The notes: generated by a model from the letters alone, not told the origin. 64,000 nt of DNA from Candidatus Hodarchaeota archaeon (GCA_016839815.1 JAEOTM010000066.1:20116-84115); one strand, 5' to 3'; numbered from the stretch's first letter, positions 10,894-21,446 are shown. Program-made: numbers and translations.

Positions 10894-11238
10894 ATGGATT
10901 TTTGTGAATGTGGAGCTCTTCTTGTCCCTGATAAACAGGCAGATGGAAGCATCGTGATGAAATGTAATTCTTGTGGGAAAACAATCGGCGCTGATTCACA
11001 TTCGAATTCAAAAGCATTTGAGATCAAACAGACCATAAGACACTCTGATCTGGAAAAAACAGTCATTATTGATGATGAAAATGAGGTTGAAACTATGCCC
11101 ACCGTCACCGCAAGTTGTGAAAAATGTGGTCATCATGAAGCAGTTTACTGGCAACTCCAAACGAGGAGTGCAGATGAGGCCTCAACTACATTTTATCGAT
11201 GTAAGAAATGCAAATTTACATGGCGTGATTATGGTTAA
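10894..11238 (+). CDS. tfs: Transcription cleavage factor TFS
   Basis: Two Zn ribbons; QTRSADE catalytic hairpin intact. Confidence 0.93.
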   Translation: MDFCECGALLVPDKQADGSIVMKCNSCGKTIGADSHSNSKAFEIKQTIRHSDLEKTVIIDDENEVETMPTVTASCEKCGHHEAVYWQLQTRSADEASTTFYRCKKCKFTWRDYG

Positions 11239-11251
11239 AAAACAAGGATAT

Positions 11252-11932
11252 CTATTCTTTTTTTATTATCATGACTGCATGCTTCTTTTCATAGGCATCA
11301 ATCTTAGAATGTTCTATTACCTTTAGTCCGAAGTTATTTTCTAAGATACTCATTTGTTTGGAAAATACTTCTTCTGGTTCAAGTGATACATCTATGCTTT
11401 GGGATTTGATGGCGATTATACCTTCCCCGCCTGGTTTAAGGTACTCTTGGGCATTTCTACCAAAAATTTTTGCCTGTTCCGGTTGAGAAACATCTTGATA
11501 CAGTAGATCCACATCAAAAACATACGAAGAATATTCTTCTGGCCTTCTAGCATCCGCAAGAATTGGTATCAAGTTTGGTCGCTGTTCCGCAAGTCGATAA
11601 AATTTCCTCATGACTTTTGGAGAAAACTCAACCCCATAAATAAAACCATCTTCTAAGATATCTGAGAAATGAGAGGGTGTTGTACCTGTGGAAACTCCCA
11701 AATATAGGATATTTTTAGCTTTTAATTGAGGTAGAAGCTTCATTCCTGATAAATAAGCCGCAGCAAATTTAGATCGAAAGGGATCCCATAATCTATATTC
11801 TTCGTTTTCAACTTTGATTAATCTTTCACCGTAAACATTCGTACCAGGAACTTTGTTTTTGGTAGCAAGTCGATTCTTTTGATCTATTTTTAATTGGTAC
11901 ATCCCCTCGATCATAGTTTCTTTTACCTTCAT
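11252..11932 (-). CDS. flpA: Fibrillarin rRNA 2'-O-methyltransferase
   Basis: VYGE, WDPFRSK, LYLG, ILADARRP and YQDVSQPEQ motifs. Confidence 0.96.
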   Translation of the reverse strand: MKVKETMIEGMYQLKIDQKNRLATKNKVPGTNVYGERLIKVENEEYRLWDPFRSKFAAAYLSGMKLLPQLKAKNILYLGVSTGTTPSHFSDILEDGFIYGVEFSPKVMRKFYRLAEQRPNLIPILADARRPEEYSSYVFDVDLLYQDVSQPEQAKIFGRNAQEYLKPGGEGIIAIKSQSIDVSLEPEEVFSKQMSILENNFGLKVIEHSKIDAYEKKHAVMIIKKE

Positions 11933-11959
11933 CTTGTCACCCTAAGATATTTAGATTAT

Positions 11960-13246
11960 TTAATCCTTCTTTTTATTCCTACGCTTCTTATATTTAGAAT
12001 CAGATCTTGTTCCAGATTTCTTTGGTCCTTTTTTAAAGTGTTTACCACGCTTCCCTCTAGATTTAGAATCCTTCTTTTTTTGTTTTCTTGCTTTTTGTTT
12101 ATCTGAAGGTTCGGGAAACGATTCTTTAATCTCATTTATTCTTTTCTCAAGATCTTCTAGTAGGGTTGGAGCTATGAATTCACCACTAAAGAAATCAACT
12201 CGTGAAGCAATACTGAGCTTCCCCGCTAGTGCTCGTGCAATTTTCCCCCTCTGGTGTTTCTTTGCTGAATGGATGAACTGAGATTGGAAAATAACCCCAT
12301 GTTTTGGAGGATCCTCACCTGACCTTAAATGTCTAAATAATGCCTTTTCAGCCCCTAAAACTTGAATTGTACCTGAAGATCGTTTCGCTAAATTTTCTAA
12401 ACTTCCCACGAGGGAAATAAGGCGTGCACCAAGCAGACTACCAACTAGGAATTGTAAATTTGGAGCTACTTCCTTCATGCTTTCTTCAATATAGTTTTCG
12501 AGATTTTCTTTTATGTTTAAGATCTCTACACCGAAAGATGCCAAATTGGATATTGGATTCATATCGTAGTTAGAGATATCAGCACCTAGTGAGTTTTCTG
12601 CAGCTTGTTGTATAAGTTCCTGTCTTCTCTCAGATAATGAAGAAATTTCCTCTGTTACGATTTCTGATCGAACTTTTCCCCTCATCTTCGATACAAGACG
12701 AATGTATTGATTATTATCTCTTACCAGGTCAACTAATTCTGGAAAATGGATTCCGTACCATTCTGATAAACGAGCATATATTAAATTCAATATTGAATTA
12801 ATATCATCAATACTATTAATTGCCTGAGCAAGATATTTATCCCTTGCCTCAACATTCTCCCGTAAAAGGGTTTGTGTCTGAACCAATGATTTATTTCGTA
12901 ATAGAGAAATAAGTTCTCCTGGGCTGGTTAAATCGAGTTTTTTAACAAGAAAGTCGTTTATATTCGACCTAAATGTGGAAAATTCTCCTGCACTCGCAAA
13001 CCGAACTTCTTCGTACCCTATCTGTCTTAGATGGTCAATAACCACTACATTATCTGAAACAATTTCTTCTGTTTTGTCTGGTAATACCTTTCGCAGTTCT
13101 TCTTCATGTTCGGTTAGAAAAACTTTGAATTGGCCTGTTAAAATGGTTTCGTTATCTTTAAACATAAGGGAATCATAAATTTCAGTCGATTCGGAAGAAA
13201 TTTCTCCAAAGATGACTCCTGCTGCTGAGACTAGTACGCCTTTCAA
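11960..13246 (-). CDS. nop5: C/D box RNP subunit Nop5 (Nop56/58)
   Basis: EWYGIHFPEL, IQVLGAEKALF and PPKHGVIFQ motifs; basic tail; adjacent to fibrillarin. Confidence 0.95.
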   Translation of the reverse strand: MKGVLVSAAGVIFGEISSESTEIYDSLMFKDNETILTGQFKVFLTEHEEELRKVLPDKTEEIVSDNVVVIDHLRQIGYEEVRFASAGEFSTFRSNINDFLVKKLDLTSPGELISLLRNKSLVQTQTLLRENVEARDKYLAQAINSIDDINSILNLIYARLSEWYGIHFPELVDLVRDNNQYIRLVSKMRGKVRSEIVTEEISSLSERRQELIQQAAENSLGADISNYDMNPISNLASFGVEILNIKENLENYIEESMKEVAPNLQFLVGSLLGARLISLVGSLENLAKRSSGTIQVLGAEKALFRHLRSGEDPPKHGVIFQSQFIHSAKKHQRGKIARALAGKLSIASRVDFFSGEFIAPTLLEDLEKRINEIKESFPEPSDKQKARKQKKKDSKSRGKRGKHFKKGPKKSGTRSDSKYKKRRNKKKD

Positions 13247-13454
13247 TTTTACTCACCCGATTATATATTCCAAGCAGAGATACTCTCAGATAAAATTCTT
13301 TCTTTAAAAATCATTGGAAACTTCTCCTTTCTCAACAGAAATCTAACAGTTTCCTCTCTGTTAAATCTGATATTTTGAATATACAAAATTTCTGAAATCA
13401 TTTCCAAGAGTAAAACCTATATTGAAACACTTAAAATTAGGAATGGAATAAAAA

Positions 13455-13640
13455 ATGATGCGACAAAAGCCAATAAGTATCAAAATTCCCGATCAAATCC
13501 TCATCCTTATTGATAACTTCGTTCGTCTTGGTCAATACGAATCAAGATCACATTTCTTACGTATAGCAATTGAAGAATTGCTTAAACAGGAAAGGGAGAC
13601 GTGGGATAAACTAGTTGATCAGATTTCTCAAAAAGAATAA
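13455..13640 (+). CDS. Ribbon-helix-helix protein
   Basis: ISIKIP...IDNFV..GQYESRSHFLRIAIEELL, CopG/ParD-like pattern. Confidence 0.85.
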   Translation: MMRQKPISIKIPDQILILIDNFVRLGQYESRSHFLRIAIEELLKQERETWDKLVDQISQKE

Positions 13641-13652
13641 TCCTGATGATTT

Positions 13653-14234
13653 ATGAACTCTTTTTCTCAAGAAGAACAGCAACACCTACTTATTGCATCA
13701 GTTATTTTTGTGATTGTTGAACTATCTTTTCTACTCTCGTTTCTAGATTTCTTTGAATTACTACTAGCTGGAATTCTGATTCTTCCACTATATACATTAC
13801 ACGAACTAGCCCATAAATACACTGCAATTAGATATGGATTTCCTTCAAAATTCTATTTAGATCAAAACATGGCCCTTATTTCGCTTTTTTCTGCATTCTT
13901 ACCTTTTAAGATCATCGCTCCTGGTGTAGTAATTTGGTATGGGAACCCTTCTTCTAGGATTCGAGCTTACGTCTCAATGATGGGGCCTTTAGTGAATATC
14001 TTTATAGGGGGATTTTTATTACTGATTTCACCTTTTCTTCCTCCTTTATGGTCACTTTTAACAATTTATATAAGCAAAGCATCGATTAACCTTGCAATAT
14101 TCAATCTTCTCCCTTTTTCAGTCCTTGATGGATCAAAGATCTACAGATGGAATCAGGAAGTTTTTTTTGTTATATTTGGTTTTACGGTAGTTTTTTGGCT
14201 TTTTCATCCTTTAGGTTACTTTGGTTGGATTTAG
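13653..14234 (+). CDS. Site-2 protease family (M50) membrane metalloprotease
   Basis: HELAH, GPLVN and NLLPFSVLDG motifs. Confidence 0.9.
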   Translation: MNSFSQEEQQHLLIASVIFVIVELSFLLSFLDFFELLLAGILILPLYTLHELAHKYTAIRYGFPSKFYLDQNMALISLFSAFLPFKIIAPGVVIWYGNPSSRIRAYVSMMGPLVNIFIGGFLLLISPFLPPLWSLLTIYISKASINLAIFNLLPFSVLDGSKIYRWNQEVFFVIFGFTVVFWLFHPLGYFGWI

Positions 14235-14236
14235 AT

Positions 14237-14650
14237 ATGAGTTCGTTAACATCTAGAGAAAGAGGATCCTTGGTGATGGCAATTGGACTCATTGCATGCT
14301 TACTTCTCACTTATTTCACATTTTTCGAACATGATGAGGAGATCTTACTAATAATCTGGGGTGTAATTACTATGGTATTCTCTATTTTAATTGCGTATGT
14401 GTTTGCTTCTCAAACAACAGATCTCCGTCCTTTGAGGAATGAACCAAATCGTTACTCGGCAGGTTATGATTCATTCAAGCCGAGAGTCATCCCCCCTTCA
14501 GGAATGAAAAAAAGAACACAGTTTGAAGGACGATGCAACCAATGTGGAATGTCAGCCTTATTAGGGTTTACTTGTTCATATTGCGGAGGCTATTTTTGTA
14601 CCGATCATCGTCTTCCTGAGAAACATAATTGTGAAGGCCTTTACAAATAA
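14237..14650 (+). CDS. Two-TM protein with C-terminal AN1-type zinc finger
   Basis: CNQC...FTCSYCGGYFCTDHRLPEKHNC; ATG 14237 lies just after the M50 stop. Confidence 0.85.
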   Translation: MSSLTSRERGSLVMAIGLIACLLLTYFTFFEHDEEILLIIWGVITMVFSILIAYVFASQTTDLRPLRNEPNRYSAGYDSFKPRVIPPSGMKKRTQFEGRCNQCGMSALLGFTCSYCGGYFCTDHRLPEKHNCEGLYK

Positions 14651-14660
14651 TCACGTGGAA

Positions 14661-16121
14661 TTAAAGTGATACAACATGACTAAATTCTGATAAAACAAGA
14701 TTTACCAATCCCAGACCAAGAAATAAGAGATAAAAGATGTTGAATATGTAGAAGGTACCATATTCTAAATATTTTACACAACTTACAATTAGAAACAGGA
14801 GATATATCAATTCTAGGATTGTGATTTTGTCCAGTGGAATATAATCATGGATTTTATGCTGAGAAAAAGGATTTATGTCTGATAAATTATATTTGGGGGT
14901 TCTCTCAAATTCTCCTCCTTTTTTAACAAGACCTGTGAGCGTACCTACAGCCATACGTACGATTAATCCACCTCCCCAGAATAGAAATAGGGGAATAAGG
15001 AACAAATCATGCATTGACCTTCCAGCACGAATAACTGCAGCTGAATATGCTAGAATTCCGCATAGTGCCGAAACTGTGAATAAAAAACCAAGTACGGGGA
15101 GAAAATCAGTGTTGAATGACGAGTTGAATATTAAAAATGAACTAGTCAAGGTATTAATCAAAATCATTAGAGGTATAAAATATTGAGTTAAGTGGATTGT
15201 ACCTTGAATTTTACACATTCTTGAGTTATCTGAAGATAGAAAATTCTTTAGATTCTTTTTAATATTCTGTGAAAACCCTTTCGACCATCTACTCTGCTGT
15301 ATAATCCATGAACGAAGAGTAGGAGGTATTTCTTGTAAATTAACTACATTGGTCAAATAAATGATTTCATAACCTTTCATTTGGGCTCTATAAGCAAGAT
15401 CTAAATCTTCTGCTAACGTATCTGAAGACCACCCCCCACTCGTTTCGAGTGCAGCTCGCCTCCATATTCCGCCAGTTCCATTAAAAGTAATATTTGTTTT
15501 CAGATTCTTACGTCCAATTTTCTCAACCCAGAAATGACCATCAAGCCCAATGGACATAGATCGAGTAAATAATGAATAATTAAGATTGGTGTATCCCCAC
15601 CTAGCCTGAATTGCTCCAATATCGCTTCTTTCCTTGAAAAAATGAATACACCTCATCAGAAATTCAGGATTAATTTCAAAATCAGAATCAAATAATGCAA
15701 CAAATTCAGAATTATCTTTATCTAACCCGTTACTTAAAGCCCCTGCTTTAAATCCAGTTCGTGTTTGCCTTCGAATAGTATTAACCACTATTCCTTTATT
15801 TTCTAATTTTACAATATTTTTATCGATTAATCGAGATGTTTCATCAGAAGAATCATCTAGAATTTGGATTCTCAACCGATCTCTGGGATAGATTATATTT
15901 TCTAAATGAGTAAGTGTTTTTTCTATTATCCTTGATTCATTATAAACGGGTATTTGAATGGTAACTGAGGGAAGATCTAATTCAGTATATTCTCCTCGAG
16001 GTACAGGATCTCTATAATTTAAAGAGGATAACGTTAAATAAAGTAGGTTTATTGGATATGGAATTATAATGAGCGCTGATATCAAATTTAGAGTTAAAAA
16101 TGCTATAAATAGTGGATCCAT
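14661..16121 (-). CDS. Processive GT2 glycosyltransferase (cellulose-synthase-like)
   Basis: QILDDSSD, KAGAL, FDSDF, AEDLDL and QQSRW motifs; N- and C-terminal TM helices. Confidence 0.9.
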   Translation of the reverse strand: MDPLFIAFLTLNLISALIIIPYPINLLYLTLSSLNYRDPVPRGEYTELDLPSVTIQIPVYNESRIIEKTLTHLENIIYPRDRLRIQILDDSSDETSRLIDKNIVKLENKGIVVNTIRRQTRTGFKAGALSNGLDKDNSEFVALFDSDFEINPEFLMRCIHFFKERSDIGAIQARWGYTNLNYSLFTRSMSIGLDGHFWVEKIGRKNLKTNITFNGTGGIWRRAALETSGGWSSDTLAEDLDLAYRAQMKGYEIIYLTNVVNLQEIPPTLRSWIIQQSRWSKGFSQNIKKNLKNFLSSDNSRMCKIQGTIHLTQYFIPLMILINTLTSSFLIFNSSFNTDFLPVLGFLFTVSALCGILAYSAAVIRAGRSMHDLFLIPLFLFWGGGLIVRMAVGTLTGLVKKGGEFERTPKYNLSDINPFSQHKIHDYIPLDKITILELIYLLFLIVSCVKYLEYGTFYIFNIFYLLFLGLGLVNLVLSEFSHVVSL

Positions 16122-16271
16122 CTACAAATCCTCCAATCCATTAGAATGTAGAAAAAAGAAATATTTAATTTATGGTGAATTTTGATATATTACAAACATT
16201 CACTTCACTATATTAGAATGGATGTTTACCTTTCTACTAATAAATCTTAATTATTCTCCAGATGTGATGAT

Positions 16272-17783
16272 TTGGAAAATGACTTGATATCTACCCTTGA
16301 AATGTCCATCATCGATGTAAATGCAGATTATCTTGGAGTAAAAAGATTACTTTTGATGGAAAACGCAGGTAAAGGACTAGCGGACTTTGTATGGGAAATA
16401 TGTAAGAAAAAAGCTCTTTCTAATATCATAATTCTTGCAGGAAAAGGTGGGAATGGGGGCGATGGTATGGTTGCTGCACGTCATCTTGCTAATAAAGCAG
16501 ATGTATCTCTATATCTACTAGGGGAGAAAGAAGATATCAGAAAAGGTTCAACCCAAAAAAATTGGCAAATTTTGGAAAATATGTTACATTCTTTAAACTT
16601 ACATGAAGTGAAGGATTCAACTGAACTAAGTAAAATACAAATTATGCAGAACTCTATCATTATTGATGCGATTTTTGGTACGGGAGTACGTGGAGAAGTT
16701 ACAGGTCTTTATTCCCAAGTAATTTCTATGATCAACGACCATGGGAAGAAAGGAACAGATATAATTTGTGTAGATACACCCTCAGGTATAAATCCAAACA
16801 CAGGTCAAAAAGCTAATACTTTTGTTAAAGGGAATTACACAGTTGTGTTCCATAAGACAAAAAAAGGATTAACTGAAGGAAACTCAGGAAAGATCAGAGT
16901 CGTTCCTATTGGTATTCCACCAGAAGCAGAATTTATTGTTGGCCCCGGTGATCTCTTAGCCATTTCTAATATCAATAAATGGCAAAGAAAGGGTGATCAA
17001 GGAAAAGTTCTTGTTATAGGGGGGAATGAAAAATACTCTGGAGCTCCAGCTTTGGCAGCTATGGGTGCTTTACAAGCTGGATCGGATTTAGTCACTATAG
17101 TATCACCAGAACAAGTTGCACAGGCCATTCGATCCTATACACCAGAATTTATTGTAGAAAGTTATTCTTCTTCACATTTAACACTTGATTCAATACCTTA
17201 TCATTTATTAGAAGAGTATAATTCCATTGTATTAGGCCCAGGATTAGGACGCCATCCTGATACACAAAAAGCAGTTGAAGAAATTCTTAAGATTACGAAA
17301 ACGAAGAACTTACCATTGATAATTGATGCAGATGGATTACACCTGATTAACCAAGGCCAGCTATACTCAAAAGTCATTCTTACACCTCATGCTGGAGAAT
17401 TTGCCGTTCTCTCGGGGAATTCACTCCCCTCTGATTCAGAATCCTTTCCAGAAAGACTTAATAAAGTATTAGAAACAGTTAAAGATTCACCAGCTGTGTG
17501 GTTAGTTAAGGGGCCATGGGATATTATAGCTCACTCTGATAATTATAAAATTAACAAGTCTGGTATCCCTGAAATGTCACGTGGAGGTACTGGGGACATT
17601 TTGGCAGGATTAACTGCAAGTATGGTTAACAAAACCGGAGATCATTTTTATGCGGCATCAATTGCCGCATTTATTAACGGAAAAGCTGGTGAACTAGCTC
17701 ATCGGAACTTTTCTACGATGAGACTTCTAGCAAAAATTCCAGAGGCTATTCAAATGAGCTGGGACTTTATACTTGAAGATTGA
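16272..17783 (+). CDS. nnr: Bifunctional NAD(P)HX epimerase/dehydratase
   Basis: LMENAG, GxGGNGGDG, GPGLG, LTPHAGEF and GGTGDILAG motifs. Confidence 0.95.
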   Translation: MENDLISTLEMSIIDVNADYLGVKRLLLMENAGKGLADFVWEICKKKALSNIIILAGKGGNGGDGMVAARHLANKADVSLYLLGEKEDIRKGSTQKNWQILENMLHSLNLHEVKDSTELSKIQIMQNSIIIDAIFGTGVRGEVTGLYSQVISMINDHGKKGTDIICVDTPSGINPNTGQKANTFVKGNYTVVFHKTKKGLTEGNSGKIRVVPIGIPPEAEFIVGPGDLLAISNINKWQRKGDQGKVLVIGGNEKYSGAPALAAMGALQAGSDLVTIVSPEQVAQAIRSYTPEFIVESYSSSHLTLDSIPYHLLEEYNSIVLGPGLGRHPDTQKAVEEILKITKTKNLPLIIDADGLHLINQGQLYSKVILTPHAGEFAVLSGNSLPSDSESFPERLNKVLETVKDSPAVWLVKGPWDIIAHSDNYKINKSGIPEMSRGGTGDILAGLTASMVNKTGDHFYAASIAAFINGKAGELAHRNFSTMRLLAKIPEAIQMSWDFILED

Positions 17784-17784
17784 C

Positions 17785-18390
17785 CTAAAACTGTAAACTA
17801 TCCGCCTCAAAAGCGTCAATTTCTTCAAGAATGGAATAGATCTTATGAATGGATTGATAAACATATTCTTCTTTTTTTGCACCAGTGCAAACTAGTTTTC
17901 CTGATTGGAAAAGAAGAAGTACAACTTTAGGTTCTTGCATTCGATAAATCAAACCAGGAAACTGTTCTGGTTCGTACATAGAATGTTCCAACAGCAGTGC
18001 AGCAAGCTCAAGATTAATTCTCTTCCCGAGTGTTCCAGAAGCAACAATATTTTGGACAGTAATTGTAGCCTCATGCTTTACATTGTGTCCGGCTTGCCGT
18101 AATAATTCCGAAATGACTTCAACAGCTTCTTCAATCATTTCTACCGATTTCGCTCCAGTTACGACGAGTTTTCCTGAAGAAAAAACGAGAATTGAGACTT
18201 TAGGTTTTTTTATCTTGACAACGACACCGGGAAATTGCTCTGGAATGTAAGATACTTGAACATCTCCTGGAAGACGGCTCGCAGCCCTTTCTAGTTTTAT
18301 TTTACAGCGTAAATCTACTGAAGCGACAACATTTTGAACTTCAGCAAATAAATCATCTTTATTTGACTCATTTGACATGATTACCACCAT
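17785..18390 (-). CDS. tbp: TATA-binding protein
   Basis: Two repeats of QNxVAS / YxPEQFPG / FxSGKLVxTG. Confidence 0.97.
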   Translation of the reverse strand: MVVIMSNESNKDDLFAEVQNVVASVDLRCKIKLERAASRLPGDVQVSYIPEQFPGVVVKIKKPKVSILVFSSGKLVVTGAKSVEMIEEAVEVISELLRQAGHNVKHEATITVQNIVASGTLGKRINLELAALLLEHSMYEPEQFPGLIYRMQEPKVVLLLFQSGKLVCTGAKKEEYVYQSIHKIYSILEEIDAFEADSLQF

Positions 18391-18476
18391 TGTAACGCGA
18401 TTAAGAGCCAGAATACAATGTGAAGAAAAATTAAGGGAAACTCTATTCTTCTAAGAATATATACAGACCCTTCTAC

Positions 18477-18519
18477 TTATATAAAAACCAAACTTATAAG
18501 CATTTATAAGGTTTATAAG
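18477..18519. promoter_or_regulatory. TATA box plus three tandem TTATAAG elements in the tbp/tfb divergent region
   Basis: TTATATAA at 18477-18484; TTATAAG at 18494, 18504 and 18513. Confidence 0.5.
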
Positions 18520-18852
18520 CATAGTTTGTCTCCATTCAAAAATAATTTTAAGTTAATTTGAGAGTAGCTCTCTCTTATAAACCAAATATGGTTTTTTTAA
18601 TAACTTATGAAGTAACTCTTATTTTTACTAATAGTAAGAACATTGAAATACTAATGGAATAAAATTTCCTTTTGAAACGACAGGTAGAAGTTGGAAAACC
18701 AAGATGATTCGAAGATCAAAGTTCTAAACAAGTTTTATTGACAATATTCCTGAGACTCTTTATTGAAAAATCAGGGCTCTTTTCCAATACTTATTTAAAA
18801 GCCTATCTATTATATAAATCCCGTTAGAGGTTTCATCTGGAGGGCAAGTAAA

Positions 18853-19791
18853 CTGGCACCACCTGAACAAAAATGTCCCGAATGCGGTAGTAACGATATT
18901 GTCATGGATATGACAAAAGGTACTTCAATTTGCGCATCTTGTGGACTTGTAATTGATTTACAAATCGATATGGGACCAGAGTGGCGTGCATATAATTCAA
19001 CTGAACTCCAAGAACGTGCGCGAGCTGGTGGACCGATCACCCCACTTAAAGCGGAAATGGGTTTGAGAACACAAATCGGTAATATAAGGAAAGATATTTC
19101 AGGAAGAACTCTTCCGTTTTCTTCACAAACCAAATATAGAAGACTTTCTCGAATCGATAATAGAACTAGGAAGTCAGAAATTAGGAATTTACGTTTTGCT
19201 TTAAAAGAATTAAAACGAATCAAAAGTCAGCTTGAGCTCCCTGAAGACGTAGCAGAAATGGGTGCCATGATTTATCGAAAAGCATTGAAAAAGAACCTGA
19301 TTCGAGGTCGTTCTATAGATGGAATGATCGCAGCTAGTTTATATCTCGCCTGTCGCAAAAAGAAACTACCTCAGACATTGAAGGATATTGCTTCTGTATC
19401 AAATATCTCATCTAAAGAATTAGGTCGATGTATTAGGATAATCCTCCAAAAATTAGATTTGAAAGTAAGTCCTAGTGACTATTCCGCCCTAGTTCATCGT
19501 CTTGGAATAAATCTTCGCGTTACGATGAGAGCACGGCGTCAGGCGGTAAAGATTTTGAATATTGCCCGTCTTCGTGGTGCAACAGTGGGTAAGAATCCAA
19601 TGAGTCTTGCAGCAGCTTCACTCTATATCGCCACTATTCAGACTGGTGAACGTCGTACGCAACAAGAAATAGCAACGGCTGCTAAAATTACTCCCGTGAC
19701 CATAAGAAACCGTTTCAAAGAATTAGTAAGGATCATTGATGCAGAATCTTCAAAAGATGGCCAAGATCCGCTACAATCATTACTTGTCTAG
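18853..19791 (+). CDS. tfb: Transcription initiation factor IIB (probable CTG start)
   Basis: Cyclin repeats and GPEWRAY. The first Zn-ribbon pair CPEC lies upstream of ATG 18904; in-frame CTG 18853 sits 9 nt after GGAGG. Confidence 0.92.
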   Translation: MAPPEQKCPECGSNDIVMDMTKGTSICASCGLVIDLQIDMGPEWRAYNSTELQERARAGGPITPLKAEMGLRTQIGNIRKDISGRTLPFSSQTKYRRLSRIDNRTRKSEIRNLRFALKELKRIKSQLELPEDVAEMGAMIYRKALKKNLIRGRSIDGMIAASLYLACRKKKLPQTLKDIASVSNISSKELGRCIRIILQKLDLKVSPSDYSALVHRLGINLRVTMRARRQAVKILNIARLRGATVGKNPMSLAAASLYIATIQTGERRTQQEIATAAKITPVTIRNRFKELVRIIDAESSKDGQDPLQSLLV

Positions 19792-19804
19792 ACTATTATT
19801 TTGA

Positions 19805-20506
19805 TTAAGAGACATCTTCAACAGAGGCGACAATTCCATCCTTAATATGGAAAATCCTATTAGCCTCTTTGGCAATATTTGAATCATGAGTTACTAGGAT
19901 TAATGTTTGATTTTCCGTTTCATTAACTTCTTTAAGTAAACTCAATACTGCCTGGCCTGACTCTGTATCTAAATCTCCTGTAGGTTCATCAGCTAATAAT
20001 ATTGTAGGTTTGTTGGCTAGAGATCGTGCTATGGCAACTCTTTGACGTTCTCCTCCACTTAACTCATCAGGTTTATGATCTTGACGTCTGAGAAGATCTA
20101 CTTTCTCCAGTAGATCTGTTGCTCTCTTCACACGTTTATCTTTGGATATTCCGGCAATTAACATTGGCAATTCGACGTTTTCTAGTGCAGTTAAAACGGG
20201 GAGTAAATTATAAAATTGAAAAATAAACCCTACACTCTTTCGACGAATTTCTGTAAGTTGTTGTTCACTTGCTCGAGATATATCGCTTCCTTCAAGTAAA
20301 ACTTGTCCAGAGGAGGGATTATCTAACGAACCAATAATATTTAGTAGAGTTGTTTTCCCACAACCACTGGGCCCCATAATAGAAACCATCTCTCCCCTGT
20401 TAATTTTCATATTAATCCCTCTCAAAGCGTCGACCCTCACTTCACCTAAGATGTAAGATTTTCTTAGATTTTTACACTCAACTACTAGATCTTGAACTGA
20501 TGCCAT
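19805..20506 (-). CDS. ABC transporter ATP-binding protein (LolD/MacB-like)
   Basis: GPSGCGKT, LSGGERQRVAIAR and ADEPTG motifs. Confidence 0.93.
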   Translation of the reverse strand: MASVQDLVVECKNLRKSYILGEVRVDALRGINMKINRGEMVSIMGPSGCGKTTLLNIIGSLDNPSSGQVLLEGSDISRASEQQLTEIRRKSVGFIFQFYNLLPVLTALENVELPMLIAGISKDKRVKRATDLLEKVDLLRRQDHKPDELSGGERQRVAIARSLANKPTILLADEPTGDLDTESGQAVLSLLKEVNETENQTLILVTHDSNIAKEANRIFHIKDGIVASVEDVS

Positions 20507-20836
20507 TTAAACCGCCTTTACCAACTCATTTTATTCAAATATGATTATTCTGATGATTAAATAGTCAAAGGAGCGATTCAATTACGAGTTATTAACATTT
20601 TTATGAGTGAAATAAAACAGGTAAACTAGAACCATCAGAACCCAGAGATTTAGCTCCTTTTCTCGGTCGAATGAAAAGTCAAAGATGACGGAGTTAGTCA
20701 TTTTCGGCATTTTTACTGGCAAATACAGTCAGGAAAAAATAGTATATGTAGGAATAGATGTCAAGAACCTAACTTCAGAATTATCAACAAATTTATGCAA
20801 ACTATTTTAAAAATTGAATAAAAAAACACCTTTACA

Positions 20837-21277
20837 ATGGAAAATGTCGATAACCAAACTAAAAAACTGTTGGAAAGACCATTAGCAAAAGAAATAATGA
20901 AACTCCTCACTAAAAATGATCTTTCCATATCTCAGATAATCAATAAAATGAAAAACTTTGACACTCAAACAATTATTGCATTCTTAACTGAATTACAGCG
21001 CTTTGGTTTAATCGAACAAACTAGTAGCTCTATGGAAAGTTATGACGAATTAGAAAAGAAAAGATCTCCTATTAAGGAAAGCAATGAAAATTTTACTGAT
21101 AAAACTACTCAGTTTCCTCCATTAAAAATCTCTGTAATGGCATATAATAAGCTTTGGGAGGACGCTTCAAGAGAGAACGGTCAAATTAATCTTCATGATC
21201 TAGAAAAATACACTTTTACTGTTCCTAGCACGTTGAAACAACTTTTTAAACCAGATAAATCCAACAATGAGGAGTAA
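20837..21277 (+). CDS. Hypothetical protein with N-terminal winged-helix-like region
   Basis: IMKLLTKNDLSISQI...LTELQRFGLIE pattern. Confidence 0.55.
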   Translation: MENVDNQTKKLLERPLAKEIMKLLTKNDLSISQIINKMKNFDTQTIIAFLTELQRFGLIEQTSSSMESYDELEKKRSPIKESNENFTDKTTQFPPLKISVMAYNKLWEDASRENGQINLHDLEKYTFTVPSTLKQLFKPDKSNNEE

Positions 21278-21446
21278 TTCTGTGAATTTATCTTCTATCA
21301 CAATTATAAAAGACTGAAAACCATCTCTTGATGGTGGATTTTAAGAAAAGTTTTTCATTATGAGTTAATTTAGCTCCTAACGGCATTTAATATTTACTCT
21401 ATCTATCTTGGGGTTAATTTTGATATATAAAAGGAAATAAAAGAAA

